Translations under genes and position numbers: made by a program
Source of the DNA: Desulfosudis oleivorans Hxd3
GTDB lineage: Bacteria > Desulfobacterota > Desulfobacteria > Desulfobacterales > Desulfosudaceae
DNA length: 32,000 bases
Direction: 5' to 3'
NCBI RefSeq assembly: GCF_000018405.1
Contig: NC_009943.1
Coordinates: 240,417-272,416 of the forward strand
In this document: positions 16,453 to 24,914 of the stretch, in pieces
Numbering within the stretch: position 1 is the first letter of the stretch
Layout of the letters: each line of letters starts with the position of its first letter
Notes under the pieces: model-generated
The model's input: only the letters and a program-made list of their open reading frames with translations
The model's database searches: none
What the model was told of the DNA's origin: nothing

Positions 16453-17210
16453 TCATCGGCCTTGATAAATTTGCCGCGCACTTTTCCGGATATCGGGACC
16501 GGTATCTGCTCATTGGTGGCGCGGCCGTGTGGCTGATTCTGGAGGAGGCGGGTATTGAGCCGCGGGCCACCAGGGATCTGGATATTGTCCTTTGCCTGGA
16601 AGCCCTGGACCCGGATTTCGGGGCGGTTTTCTGGGATTTTATAAAAGCCGGGGGATACAAAATTCAGGAAAAAAGCACGGGAAAGAAAAACTTCTACCGG
16701 TTTGTGAAACCTTCGCAACCGGATTATCCGGTGATGCTGGAGCTGTTTGCCCGCCGGCCGGATGCCTTGACACTGCATGATGACAGTCATTTGACACCCA
16801 TCCCCACAAGTGAAGAGGCTTCCAGCCTTTCGGCTATTCTGCTGGATGATAATTATTATGACTTTCTTCATCGACACAAGCGGGCGATTGGGGGGATTTC
16901 CTTTGTCAGCGAATACGGCCTTATACCTCTCAAGGCCCGGGCCTGGCTGGACTTGACGCAAAGAAAAGCGGCCGGTGAAAACATCGACAGCCGCGATATT
17001 AAAAAACATAGAAACGATGTCTTGCGTCTATACCAGATTCTGTCGCCGGAGATCAAAATAGATGCGCCGGAAGCCATGCGCCGGGATCTGGATACTTTTC
17101 TGCGGCAAACCCAACCGGCATTGAGCCAGGAAATATTAAAGAGTCTTGGGGTGAGGGACGTGAATGTTGTCGATGTTATCCAGACGATCAGAATTGTATA
17201 TGGAATTTAA
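16449..17210 (+). CDS. Nucleotidyltransferase-fold protein, AbiEii/DUF1814-toxin-like
   Basis: LLIGGAAVWL ... RATRDLDIVL is an hG[GS] plus D-x-D NTase core. The C-terminal KARAWLDL...SRDIKKHRNDVLRL resembles the AbiEii third motif. The size (253 aa) and translational coupling to a wHTH protein fit type IV TA systems. Confidence 0.6.
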   Translation: MIIGLDKFAAHFSGYRDRYLLIGGAAVWLILEEAGIEPRATRDLDIVLCLEALDPDFGAVFWDFIKAGGYKIQEKSTGKKNFYRFVKPSQPDYPVMLELFARRPDALTLHDDSHLTPIPTSEEASSLSAILLDDNYYDFLHRHKRAIGGISFVSEYGLIPLKARAWLDLTQRKAAGENIDSRDIKKHRNDVLRLYQILSPEIKIDAPEAMRRDLDTFLRQTQPALSQEILKSLGVRDVNVVDVIQTIRIVYGI

Positions 17211-17825
17211 GGAAAGGCGAACCCATGCCGGCAAAAGATAAACAAACGATCTGTGACGCCCTGGTAAAAGCGATTCGCGGGGCCCCGGTTATAATCCGGA
17301 GTTCCAGACAGCGGCGGTCTGTCTCTTCCTGATTGAAAATTTCGCGCCCTTCAGGTTCAGTCCGGTATCCGAAGGGTTCTTTGAAAACGAAGGGTCAGCC
17401 TTGCCTCGGGATGTACTTCCGGAAAAGAAAAAATCAATCGGTCGTCTTTTAATTCCCGGATCAACTGCGCGAACAGTTGCGGCCGCTTGCGGATAATCTC
17501 CTGTATGTCTTTAGAAATTTTCCCAACATAAGGTGTCAAGAAAAACAATCGGTAGTATTTATCTGGCCCATTAATGTAAATAAAACTATTTACATTGACA
17601 TTTACATTATGGCGGGGGTACTGTTGTCTCCAGATTGACAGGTTTACCAATGATGATGAACTCGTAAAAAGTCTATTTGGAATGGCAAAGTAAAAAGTTC
17701 AAGATCAAGGCGTCGCAAATCCCGAGGAATGAGGCGTACTTGTCGTACGCCGCAGTGACGAGGGGTGCAGCGCAACGCAGATATTGGGCTTTTTACGAAG
17801 CCATCAATGATCGCATGGAGGCAGC

Positions 17826-18458
17826 ATGAGAGACTCCCTTACAGCCCGGCAGCAGCAGGTACTGGAATATTTTCAGCATGAGATCGCTGAGACCGGTGCA
17901 TCGCCAAGCCTGCGGCAGGCGGCGGATGCGCTGTCCGTCAGCCACACCGCCATATCCCAGGCACTGAAATTGCTGGAGAAAAAAGGCTACATTACCCGTC
18001 ATGGGAGATACAGTCGCGATATCCATGTGCTTAACCCCATGAACCAGTCAGCCGGCATGCACCGCTGGCGGGAAATTCCCGTTATCGGCGCCATTACTGC
18101 CGGGTTGCCCATGTATGCCCAGCAGGAATGGGAGGGCACCCTGGTTCTGGACCGGAGCTGCTTTCCCGGGGACAACCTTTTTGCCCTGAGGGTAAAAGGG
18201 GATTCCATGAAGGACGCTGCTATTTTAGACGGGGACCTGGTTATCTGCGAACCCCGCCAATTTGCGGAAAACGGTGAGATCGTGGTGGCCCTGGTGAACG
18301 GCGAGGAAGCCACGGTAAAACGGTTTTTCAAACGCCAGGACCATATTGAGCTGAAGCCCGAAAACCCTGCCTATGCCCCCCTTAAGCTGATGTTTGGTGA
18401 TGTGCTGATTCAGGGAAAGGTCATTGGCCTGCACAGGGATCAGCAAGGGCTTGTCTGA
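17826..18458 (+). CDS. lexA: LexA-family SOS repressor (S24 peptidase)
   Basis: N-terminal wHTH (LRQAADALSVSHTAISQALKLLEKKGYI). Ala-Gly cleavage site in VIGAITAGLP, catalytic Ser in KGDSM and Lys in EATVKRF. Confidence 0.9.
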   Translation: MRDSLTARQQQVLEYFQHEIAETGASPSLRQAADALSVSHTAISQALKLLEKKGYITRHGRYSRDIHVLNPMNQSAGMHRWREIPVIGAITAGLPMYAQQEWEGTLVLDRSCFPGDNLFALRVKGDSMKDAAILDGDLVICEPRQFAENGEIVVALVNGEEATVKRFFKRQDHIELKPENPAYAPLKLMFGDVLIQGKVIGLHRDQQGLV

Positions 18459-18488
18459 CATCCTTATTTTTAAACGGTAACACTCCAT

Positions 18489-19304
18489 ATGGTTGCATCT
18501 GGCGCACAGATTCTGGTCGGCACCTGCGGGTATTCCTATCCGGAGTGGAAAGACGCCGGCTTTTATGCCGAAGACACACCCTCCGGGAAAATGCTGGAAG
18601 CCTATGCCCGGCGGTTTTCCGTAACTGAGCTGAATTATACCTGGTATCAGATGCCCAAGGCCCCGGCGGTGGAGCGCATGTGCCGGAATGTACCGGAGAC
18701 CTTCCGGTTTGCCGCCAAGCTGAACCGCAAGCTGACCCATGAAGTGGAGCCCAACCAGTGGCGGCAGGAAGCCGCACAATACCGGGCGGGCATATCGCCC
18801 CTGGTGCAGTCCAACCAGTTGGCCGCCGTGCTGGTCCAGTTTCCCCCCTCGTTTCAGCGCACGCCGGCCAACAGATCATACCTGGCCGCCCTGCTGGATG
18901 AAATGGGCGACCTTCCCCTGGCCGTGGAGTTCCGGCATGTCTCCTGGGCAACAGACAAGGTATATGCCGCGTTTACCGAAAAAAAAGTCACCCTGGTGGC
19001 GGTGGATGTGCCGGACCTGGCCTGGCTCTATCCCTCGGTGGATGTGGTGACCAACCCGGACCTGTTTTATGTCCGGTTTCACGGCAGAAACGCCAAAGGG
19101 TGGAACGCCGGCAGCATGCAGCAGCAGTTTGACTATGATTATACCGCCGCAGAACTGTCCCCCTGGGCCGACCAGCGCATTCCGCGGATGGCCGCGCAGG
19201 CAGGGGCCGGCCTGGTGTTTTTCAATAACCATGTCCGGGCCCAGGCGCCGAACAACGCGCTCCAGCTTATTCAGATGCTGATACGGCAGGGCCTGTTTCA
19301 ATGA
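18489..19304 (+). CDS. DUF72 (YecE/UPF0759) family protein
   Basis: Family hallmarks are VGTCGYSYPEWKDAGFY, LVQFPPSF, AVEFRHVSW, YVRFHGRN, YDYDYTAAEL and VFFNNH. It starts 30 nt after lexA, and its stop overlaps the imuB-like start (ATGA). Confidence 0.85.
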   Translation: MVASGAQILVGTCGYSYPEWKDAGFYAEDTPSGKMLEAYARRFSVTELNYTWYQMPKAPAVERMCRNVPETFRFAAKLNRKLTHEVEPNQWRQEAAQYRAGISPLVQSNQLAAVLVQFPPSFQRTPANRSYLAALLDEMGDLPLAVEFRHVSWATDKVYAAFTEKKVTLVAVDVPDLAWLYPSVDVVTNPDLFYVRFHGRNAKGWNAGSMQQQFDYDYTAAELSPWADQRIPRMAAQAGAGLVFFNNHVRAQAPNNALQLIQMLIRQGLFQ

Positions 19305-20506
19305 TCCACCGTTTTTTGGAACGATCCATCATCCATATCAATGTGGCCCATTTTGCCGTGACCGTGGAGCAGACACTGGACGCCCGCCTTCGGGATCGGC
19401 CGGTGTTAATCGCGCCGGCCGGGGCCGCGCGAACACCCGTGTACGACATGAGCCAGGAGGCCTTTGCGTCCGGCATCCGCAAGGGCATGCCGGTGGCCGG
19501 CGCCCTGAAGGCCTGCCGGGACTGCAAGGTGGTGCCGCTTTACCCGGCCCGCTATGAACGGGCCATGCAGACCATCGCAAAATACGCCGGGGCGTATACC
19601 CCGGTGGTTGAACAGGGCAGCGGGGATGGCCACCTGTTTCTGGATGTGACCGGGACCAGCCGGCTGTTCGGGCCGCCGCCGGACATCGCCTGGCGCCTGG
19701 AACGGCAGATCAAAAAAGACTTCGGCCTGGCGCCGGCCTGGTCCGTGGCCGCCAATAAGCTGGTGGCCAAGGTGGCCACCCGCCTGGTAAAACCGGTGGG
19801 CGAATATATTGTCTGCCCCGGTGACGAGGCGCCCTTTCTGGAGCCCCTGCCCCTGGGTATTCTGCCCGGGGTGGAGCGGTCCGACCTGGACGCGTTTGCC
19901 ATGTATCACATTGGCCGGGTGAACCAGCTGCGGCCGTGGAGCCTTGCGCAGTTGCAGGTGGCCTTTGATACGCGGGCGCAGTTCCTGTTTGACACCATTC
20001 GGGGCATTGATCTTTCTGCGGTCACGTCCGGCCGCGAAAAGGAACCAACCGTTGCCATGGAACATGAGTTTTCCGAAGACACCAACCAGCGGGACCAGAT
20101 GGAACAGGTGCTCTACGGGCTTGTGGAAAAGGGAGGCCGCGCCCTTCGTGCCCGGCAGCGCTTTGCCCGGATCGCCGGTGTGGTGGTGGACTATTCGGAC
20201 GGCAGGCGGTGCGCGCGGCAGGTGTCCATAGCGCCGCCTACGGCCAATGACCCGGCGCTGTTTGAGGCGGCCCGCAGGGCGTTGTCCCTGGCGGTGGTCC
20301 GCCGGGTCCGGGTGAGGTATATCCGGCTGGTGCTGCGCAGGCTGCTCTTTCCCCCGGTCCAGCTGGACCTTTTTGACCATGACCGGCAGGAACGCCAGAC
20401 ACGCCTTCTGACCGCCATGGATAACATCCGGTCAAAGTTTGGGGACAGCGCCATCTACCCCGGCCGCATGGAGGCGCCTGGCCTGCAACAACTGTTTTAC
20501 GCGTGA
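19301..20506 (+). CDS. imuB: ImuB-like inactive Y-family DNA polymerase
   Basis: It is colinear with DinB-type polymerases (IIHINVAHFAVTVEQ, LFLDVTG, VAANKLVAKVA, LPGV). The catalytic Asp pair seen in dinB of this window (HVDMDAFF) is replaced by HINVAHF. It lies directly upstream of dnaE2 and overlaps it. Confidence 0.8.
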   Translation: MIHRFLERSIIHINVAHFAVTVEQTLDARLRDRPVLIAPAGAARTPVYDMSQEAFASGIRKGMPVAGALKACRDCKVVPLYPARYERAMQTIAKYAGAYTPVVEQGSGDGHLFLDVTGTSRLFGPPPDIAWRLERQIKKDFGLAPAWSVAANKLVAKVATRLVKPVGEYIVCPGDEAPFLEPLPLGILPGVERSDLDAFAMYHIGRVNQLRPWSLAQLQVAFDTRAQFLFDTIRGIDLSAVTSGREKEPTVAMEHEFSEDTNQRDQMEQVLYGLVEKGGRALRARQRFARIAGVVVDYSDGRRCARQVSIAPPTANDPALFEAARRALSLAVVRRVRVRYIRLVLRRLLFPPVQLDLFDHDRQERQTRLLTAMDNIRSKFGDSAIYPGRMEAPGLQQLFYA

Positions 20507-23500
20507 AACAAATGATCCCCCTGACAGTCAGATCCGGTTATTCGCTGATGTGGGGCACAGCCCCCATCAAGGAGGTGTGCCGCGTGGCCCGGCAGCAGGG
20601 ATATGATCGCCTGGCCCTGACCGACACGGACAACCTTTACGGGCTGTGGCATTTTCTGGACGCCTGCCGCCGGAACGATATCACGCCGGTTGTCGGGGCG
20701 GAACTTACCGACCCCGCCACAACAGACCGGGCCGTTCTTCTGGTAAAAAACCCGGAAGGCTACAAAAACCTGTGCCGGCTCATAACCGCCCGGCACCTTG
20801 AACCGGACTTTAAACTGGAAACAGCCATTGCCCGGCATGCTGATGGCCTGGCCGTGCTGACCCGCAATCCCTGCCATTTGAAGCAGTGGCATGAATCCGG
20901 TGTGGCGGTGTATGGCGCCATGCCCCGGCGGCCGATGTCGCTGTCCAGCCCGCTGTGTCAGACCGCCAGGTACTTAAATGTTCCCCTGGTGGCCACGCCC
21001 GGCAGCTTTTTTCTTTCTCCGCAAGACATGGATGCCCACCGGATGCTGCGCGCCATTGACCTGAACACCACGGTTGACAGGCTTGGCCCGTTAGAAGCGG
21101 CGCCCGGGGAAGCCTGGCTGGCATCCCCCCGGGAGTATGAGAAACGTTTTGAAGCCTGCCCGGAAGCTCTGGCCAACACCCGTCGCCTTTCGGAAACCCT
21201 GACGTTTACCGGCCCCGAATTCGGCCTGGTCATGCCCCCCTGGGAAAGCAAAACGGGCACGGACCCTGGCTCCGCCCTTCGGCAGGCCGCCTACCGGGGC
21301 GCTCAGGCGCGGTATGGCCGGGACCTTCCGGAGCCTGTCGCACGGCGCTTGGAGCACGAACTGAGTATCATTATTCAAATGCGCTTTGCCGCTTACTTTC
21401 TGGTGGTGCAAGACATTGTGCGGCTGAGCCCCAGGATTTGCGGCCGGGGATCGGGCGCGGCCTCCCTGGTGGCCTATTGCCTGCGTATCACCAATGTCTG
21501 CCCGATAAAGCACAACCTGTATTTCGAGCGCTTTTTAAACCCGGGCCGAAAGGACGCCCCGGATATTGACGTGGATTTTGCCTGGGATGAACGCGACACC
21601 GTCCTGGCAGCGGTGTTCGAGCGGTTTGGCGATCATTGTGCCATGGTCTGCAACCACGTGCGAATGCAGCCGAGAATGGCGGTCCGGGAGGTGGCCCGGG
21701 TATATGGCCTGACCGAAGCGGAAATCAGCCGGGTGACCAAAAAAATGCCGTGGTTCTGGCGGCAGGACACCGCCGGCCTGGACATCCTGCGGGAACTGTC
21801 AGAGCGCCCGGAATCCCGGGATCTGGACCTGCCCGCGCCCTGGCCCGGGATCATGGCCGTTGCCCGGAAAATCTGCGGCGCGCCCCGGTATCTTTCCGTC
21901 CATCCCGGCGGCGTGATCATCACCCCCCGGCCTGTCTGCGAATATGTTCCGGTGGAAAGGGCCGCCAAGGGTGTCCGGATTATCCAGTGGGAAAAAGACC
22001 AGGCCGAGGATGCCGGGCTGGTGAAAATCGACCTGCTGGGCAACCGGAGCCTGGCCGTGATCCGGGACGCCATTTACAACCTGCGGTCAAACAACCACTT
22101 GCTCGACGAATCCACGTGGGCGCCGGAGGACGACTTTGCCACCCAGGAGGCGGTGTCCCAGGGCAAAACCATGGGCTGTTTTTACATAGAGAGCCCGGCC
22201 ACCCGGCTGTTGCAGAAAAAGTCCCGGGTGGGGGACTTTGAACACCTGGTGATCCACAGCAGCATTATCCGGCCGGCAGCCAATGATTATATCCAGGAAT
22301 ACCTCCGCCGCCTGCACGGCGCGTCCTGGGACCCCATTCACCCGCTTCTGGCGGATGTGCTGGACGAGACCTTTGGCATCATGGTGTACCAGGAAGACGT
22401 GTCCCGGGCCGCTGTGTCCGTGGCCGGGTTTTCTCACGCCGATGCCGACGGCCTGCGCAAGGTCATGTCCAAAAAAGACAAGGACCATGTTCTGGCCGAT
22501 TTTTACCGGCGCTTTGCGGACGGGGCCGCCAAAAACGGGGTGACCCCGGAGAAGATTCGCGAGATATGGCGGATGATGATGAGCTTTTCCGGGTATTCCT
22601 TCTGCAAGCCCCACAGCGCCTCCTATGCACGGGTGTCGTTTCAGGCGGCCTGGCTCAAGACCCACTATCCTGCCGCGTTCATGGCCGCCGTAATCAGCAA
22701 CCAGGGCGGGTTTTACAGCACCTTTGCCTATGTCTCCGAGGCCCGTCGCTCCGGCATTACCATCCTGGCCCCGGACGTCAATGCAAGCGACATCCGATGG
22801 CAGGGCAACGGCAACACCATCCGGGTGGGGCTTTCTGCTGTCGGTCATCTGTCCCTTAAAACCATGGAAAAAACGCTTGCCCACCGCAAGGCCGCACGTT
22901 TTACCGGCCTGGAAGACTACATGGACCGGGTCCGGCCGGATGAGCCTGAAGCTCAGGCCCTTATTCAGAGCGGCGCCTTTGACGCGTTGTGCCCGGGCCG
23001 GTCCAGAAGCATGATCCGGTGGCAATGGGCCTGCTGGAAAAACAACCGCCCGCCAGCATCGTCCTCGCCCCTTTTGTTTGACACGGCTCCCGGGCCGGTG
23101 GTCCCGCCCCCGCAGATAACCGAAGACCCGCTGGAAAGATACCGGCAGGAGTTTTCTGTTTTGGGCTTTTTGTGTGACACCCACCCCATGACGCTGTATA
23201 AGACGGAACTGGAGGGCCGGCAGACCATCAAGGCCAAACACCTGGGCCGATACGCGGGCAAACGCGTCTGCGTGGCCGGCTGGTTGATCACCGGCAAGGT
23301 CGTGCGCACGAAAAACGGCGATCCCATGGAGTTTTTGACCTTTGAAGATGAAACCGACATCTTTGAAGCCACCTTTTTCCCAAAGACGTATACCCGGTTC
23401 TGCCACATGATCGACAGGGGAAGCCCCTTCCTCCTCTGGGGCACGGTGGAGACCAATTGGGGGGCTGTGACACTCACGGTGGAAAAAATAGAAGGCCTGC

Positions 23501-23523
23501 CGGACTACAATAACCGACTATGA
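20503..23523 (+). CDS. dnaE2: Error-prone DNA polymerase III alpha paralogue DnaE2
   Basis: 1006 aa with an N-terminal PHP domain (LTVRSGYSLMWGT, LALTDTDNLYG). Polymerase core motifs include DIDVDF, GGVII, KIDLLG, GCFYIES and FCKPHSASYA. A C-terminal OB fold is present. The GTG start overlaps the imuB stop (GTGA); an alternative ATG is at 20512. Confidence 0.9.
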   Translation: MKQMIPLTVRSGYSLMWGTAPIKEVCRVARQQGYDRLALTDTDNLYGLWHFLDACRRNDITPVVGAELTDPATTDRAVLLVKNPEGYKNLCRLITARHLEPDFKLETAIARHADGLAVLTRNPCHLKQWHESGVAVYGAMPRRPMSLSSPLCQTARYLNVPLVATPGSFFLSPQDMDAHRMLRAIDLNTTVDRLGPLEAAPGEAWLASPREYEKRFEACPEALANTRRLSETLTFTGPEFGLVMPPWESKTGTDPGSALRQAAYRGAQARYGRDLPEPVARRLEHELSIIIQMRFAAYFLVVQDIVRLSPRICGRGSGAASLVAYCLRITNVCPIKHNLYFERFLNPGRKDAPDIDVDFAWDERDTVLAAVFERFGDHCAMVCNHVRMQPRMAVREVARVYGLTEAEISRVTKKMPWFWRQDTAGLDILRELSERPESRDLDLPAPWPGIMAVARKICGAPRYLSVHPGGVIITPRPVCEYVPVERAAKGVRIIQWEKDQAEDAGLVKIDLLGNRSLAVIRDAIYNLRSNNHLLDESTWAPEDDFATQEAVSQGKTMGCFYIESPATRLLQKKSRVGDFEHLVIHSSIIRPAANDYIQEYLRRLHGASWDPIHPLLADVLDETFGIMVYQEDVSRAAVSVAGFSHADADGLRKVMSKKDKDHVLADFYRRFADGAAKNGVTPEKIREIWRMMMSFSGYSFCKPHSASYARVSFQAAWLKTHYPAAFMAAVISNQGGFYSTFAYVSEARRSGITILAPDVNASDIRWQGNGNTIRVGLSAVGHLSLKTMEKTLAHRKAARFTGLEDYMDRVRPDEPEAQALIQSGAFDALCPGRSRSMIRWQWACWKNNRPPASSSPLLFDTAPGPVVPPPQITEDPLERYRQEFSVLGFLCDTHPMTLYKTELEGRQTIKAKHLGRYAGKRVCVAGWLITGKVVRTKNGDPMEFLTFEDETDIFEATFFPKTYTRFCHMIDRGSPFLLWGTVETNWGAVTLTVEKIEGLPDYNNRL

Positions 23524-23541
23524 TGAATAAACAATTTTGTA

Positions 23542-23570
23542 TTGACAGAAGCATGCCCGGTCATGATAAT
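23542..23570 (+). promoter_or_regulatory. Near-consensus sigma70-type promoter for the PLD-nuclease gene
   Basis: TTGACA (23542-23547), a 17-nt spacer, then GATAAT (23565-23570), about 64 nt upstream of the ATG at 23634. It sits at the abrupt GC-to-AT compositional switch after dnaE2. Confidence 0.5.
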
Positions 23571-23633
23571 GGGCCGAGGTTGGGGAAAATACAGCAGCCG
23601 TATAATCAATGTTAAGCGCCATAAAGGACGATC

Positions 23634-24911
23634 ATGAGCATACAAATACTGAATAAAGATCATGGGCAGTCGGCTGGAAAGCTCATCAAGGAATTTGCGC
23701 AGACCCTTGATAGAAAAAAACAAAGAAGACATGAGCTTTGGATACTCTCATGTTATATCGATTTGGATTTAATAGAAAAATACGTTGATTATCTTCTGAA
23801 GAGTATCCGGCTGACAGAAGTCTTTTTAGCATTCAATTTCGCAGAAATCTATAAAGCAGCCCCCATTGAAACAGAAGACAAACTTAATTCCATTAAAAAA
23901 AATCTAAACGATATAAATATCAATTTTGAATGGAGGGTATTGGCCTCTTCCAAATTAGTTCACAGCAAAGGATATTCCCTAATTCAAAGATCAGGTGATA
24001 AAGTATCCGGAGGGGTCGTTCTCATAACCTCTGCGAACTTTACGAAGCCAGGATTCAAAGGCGATAATATTGAGATAGGATATGCTTCAAATAGAAAAAC
24101 GGATGTTCAAAATTTTGAAAAAACATACGATTATCTCTGGGAAAATTTGGGTGTAGATATAGGAGCAGCGATTTTCAGACAAGAAAAATATCTACTGCAG
24201 TTTGCATTGTTATCTTCTGGTTTATTTCTTCATAAATGGTCTGGAAGCTTGAGTCAGGACGTTGGTATAAAATACAAACTGACAGAACTCGCAAAAGAAA
24301 AAGGAACAATAGCTCCTGAATTGGCCGCAGTTGGATTTGAAACGGGTGATACCTTTACGAGGCAAGTTTTGCAGCTTGGCGACCTACCACAAAAGGAAGT
24401 GCCACGATCATTTATAACACGATTCACCATTGAAACTTACTGGGGGAGATGGTGCCCATCTGATGCTTGGAATACTCTCAGCGCAACATTTGAAGGAGCA
24501 AAACAATTTGTTGCACAATTCAAAGAAGCCACTAAAAAGTCTATTCTTTCAAAAATAAAAAAAGAAGCGCTTGAAATACAAAATGATCTGATTCATAAAA
24601 AGTTGATTAAGCCTGTGAAACCAGAACATTTGGATAATTGGATCCTTCGAATTCAAGAATTGCGCAATAACTATCGTCGTCTTGAACGATTTTTTACTGG
24701 ATATGAAGCACATGATCTTCCGTATTCTATTGAACAAAAGTCTGATGTTATCGACCTATTTGAAAGTATAGAAGAATCTATCGAGCTTACAAAAGCCACT
24801 AATATTGCAAAAGAAAAAATTGTGTTTGCACTAGATGATGCAAATCCTGATCTTATCAGGCTGACAGATGAAGAAAAGCAAATAATAAAAGATATGAGCA
24901 GCAGCGCTTAA
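23634..24911 (+). CDS. PLD-superfamily (single HxK motif) nuclease-like protein with a large uncharacterised C-terminal region
   Basis: SKLVHSKGYSLIQ ... GGVVLITSANFT matches the H-x-K-x4-D ... G-S-x-N motif of Nuc/BfiI-type PLD nucleases (His codon 23961-23963). About 230 C-terminal residues have no recognised motif. The gene is visibly AT-rich relative to its flanks. Confidence 0.65.
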   Translation: MSIQILNKDHGQSAGKLIKEFAQTLDRKKQRRHELWILSCYIDLDLIEKYVDYLLKSIRLTEVFLAFNFAEIYKAAPIETEDKLNSIKKNLNDININFEWRVLASSKLVHSKGYSLIQRSGDKVSGGVVLITSANFTKPGFKGDNIEIGYASNRKTDVQNFEKTYDYLWENLGVDIGAAIFRQEKYLLQFALLSSGLFLHKWSGSLSQDVGIKYKLTELAKEKGTIAPELAAVGFETGDTFTRQVLQLGDLPQKEVPRSFITRFTIETYWGRWCPSDAWNTLSATFEGAKQFVAQFKEATKKSILSKIKKEALEIQNDLIHKKLIKPVKPEHLDNWILRIQELRNNYRRLERFFTGYEAHDLPYSIEQKSDVIDLFESIEESIELTKATNIAKEKIVFALDDANPDLIRLTDEEKQIIKDMSSSA

Positions 24912-24914
24912 CAA

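Noticed and set aside
17225-17332. A short ORF (MPAKDKQTICDALVKAIRGAPVIIRSSRQRRSVSS) just after the NTase gene.
   Set aside because: It is only 35 aa and ends in an Arg/Ser-rich tail, suggesting a frameshifted remnant of a longer gene. It cannot be supported as functional.
17357-17650. The 97-aa minus-strand ORF (MVNLSIWRQQYPRHNVNVNVNSFIYING...).
   Set aside because: The N-terminal part is a translation of the ATTTACATT repeat/AT patch. No RBS or family motif was seen. The C-terminal part may be a remnant of a degraded gene, so it is not called as a CDS.
19406-23477. Antisense ORFs within imuB and dnaE2 (19406..20380 -, 22087..23406 -, 22965..23477 -, 21636..22241 +).
   Set aside because: The reasoning is the same: no motifs, biased composition, and complete overlap with well-supported genes.
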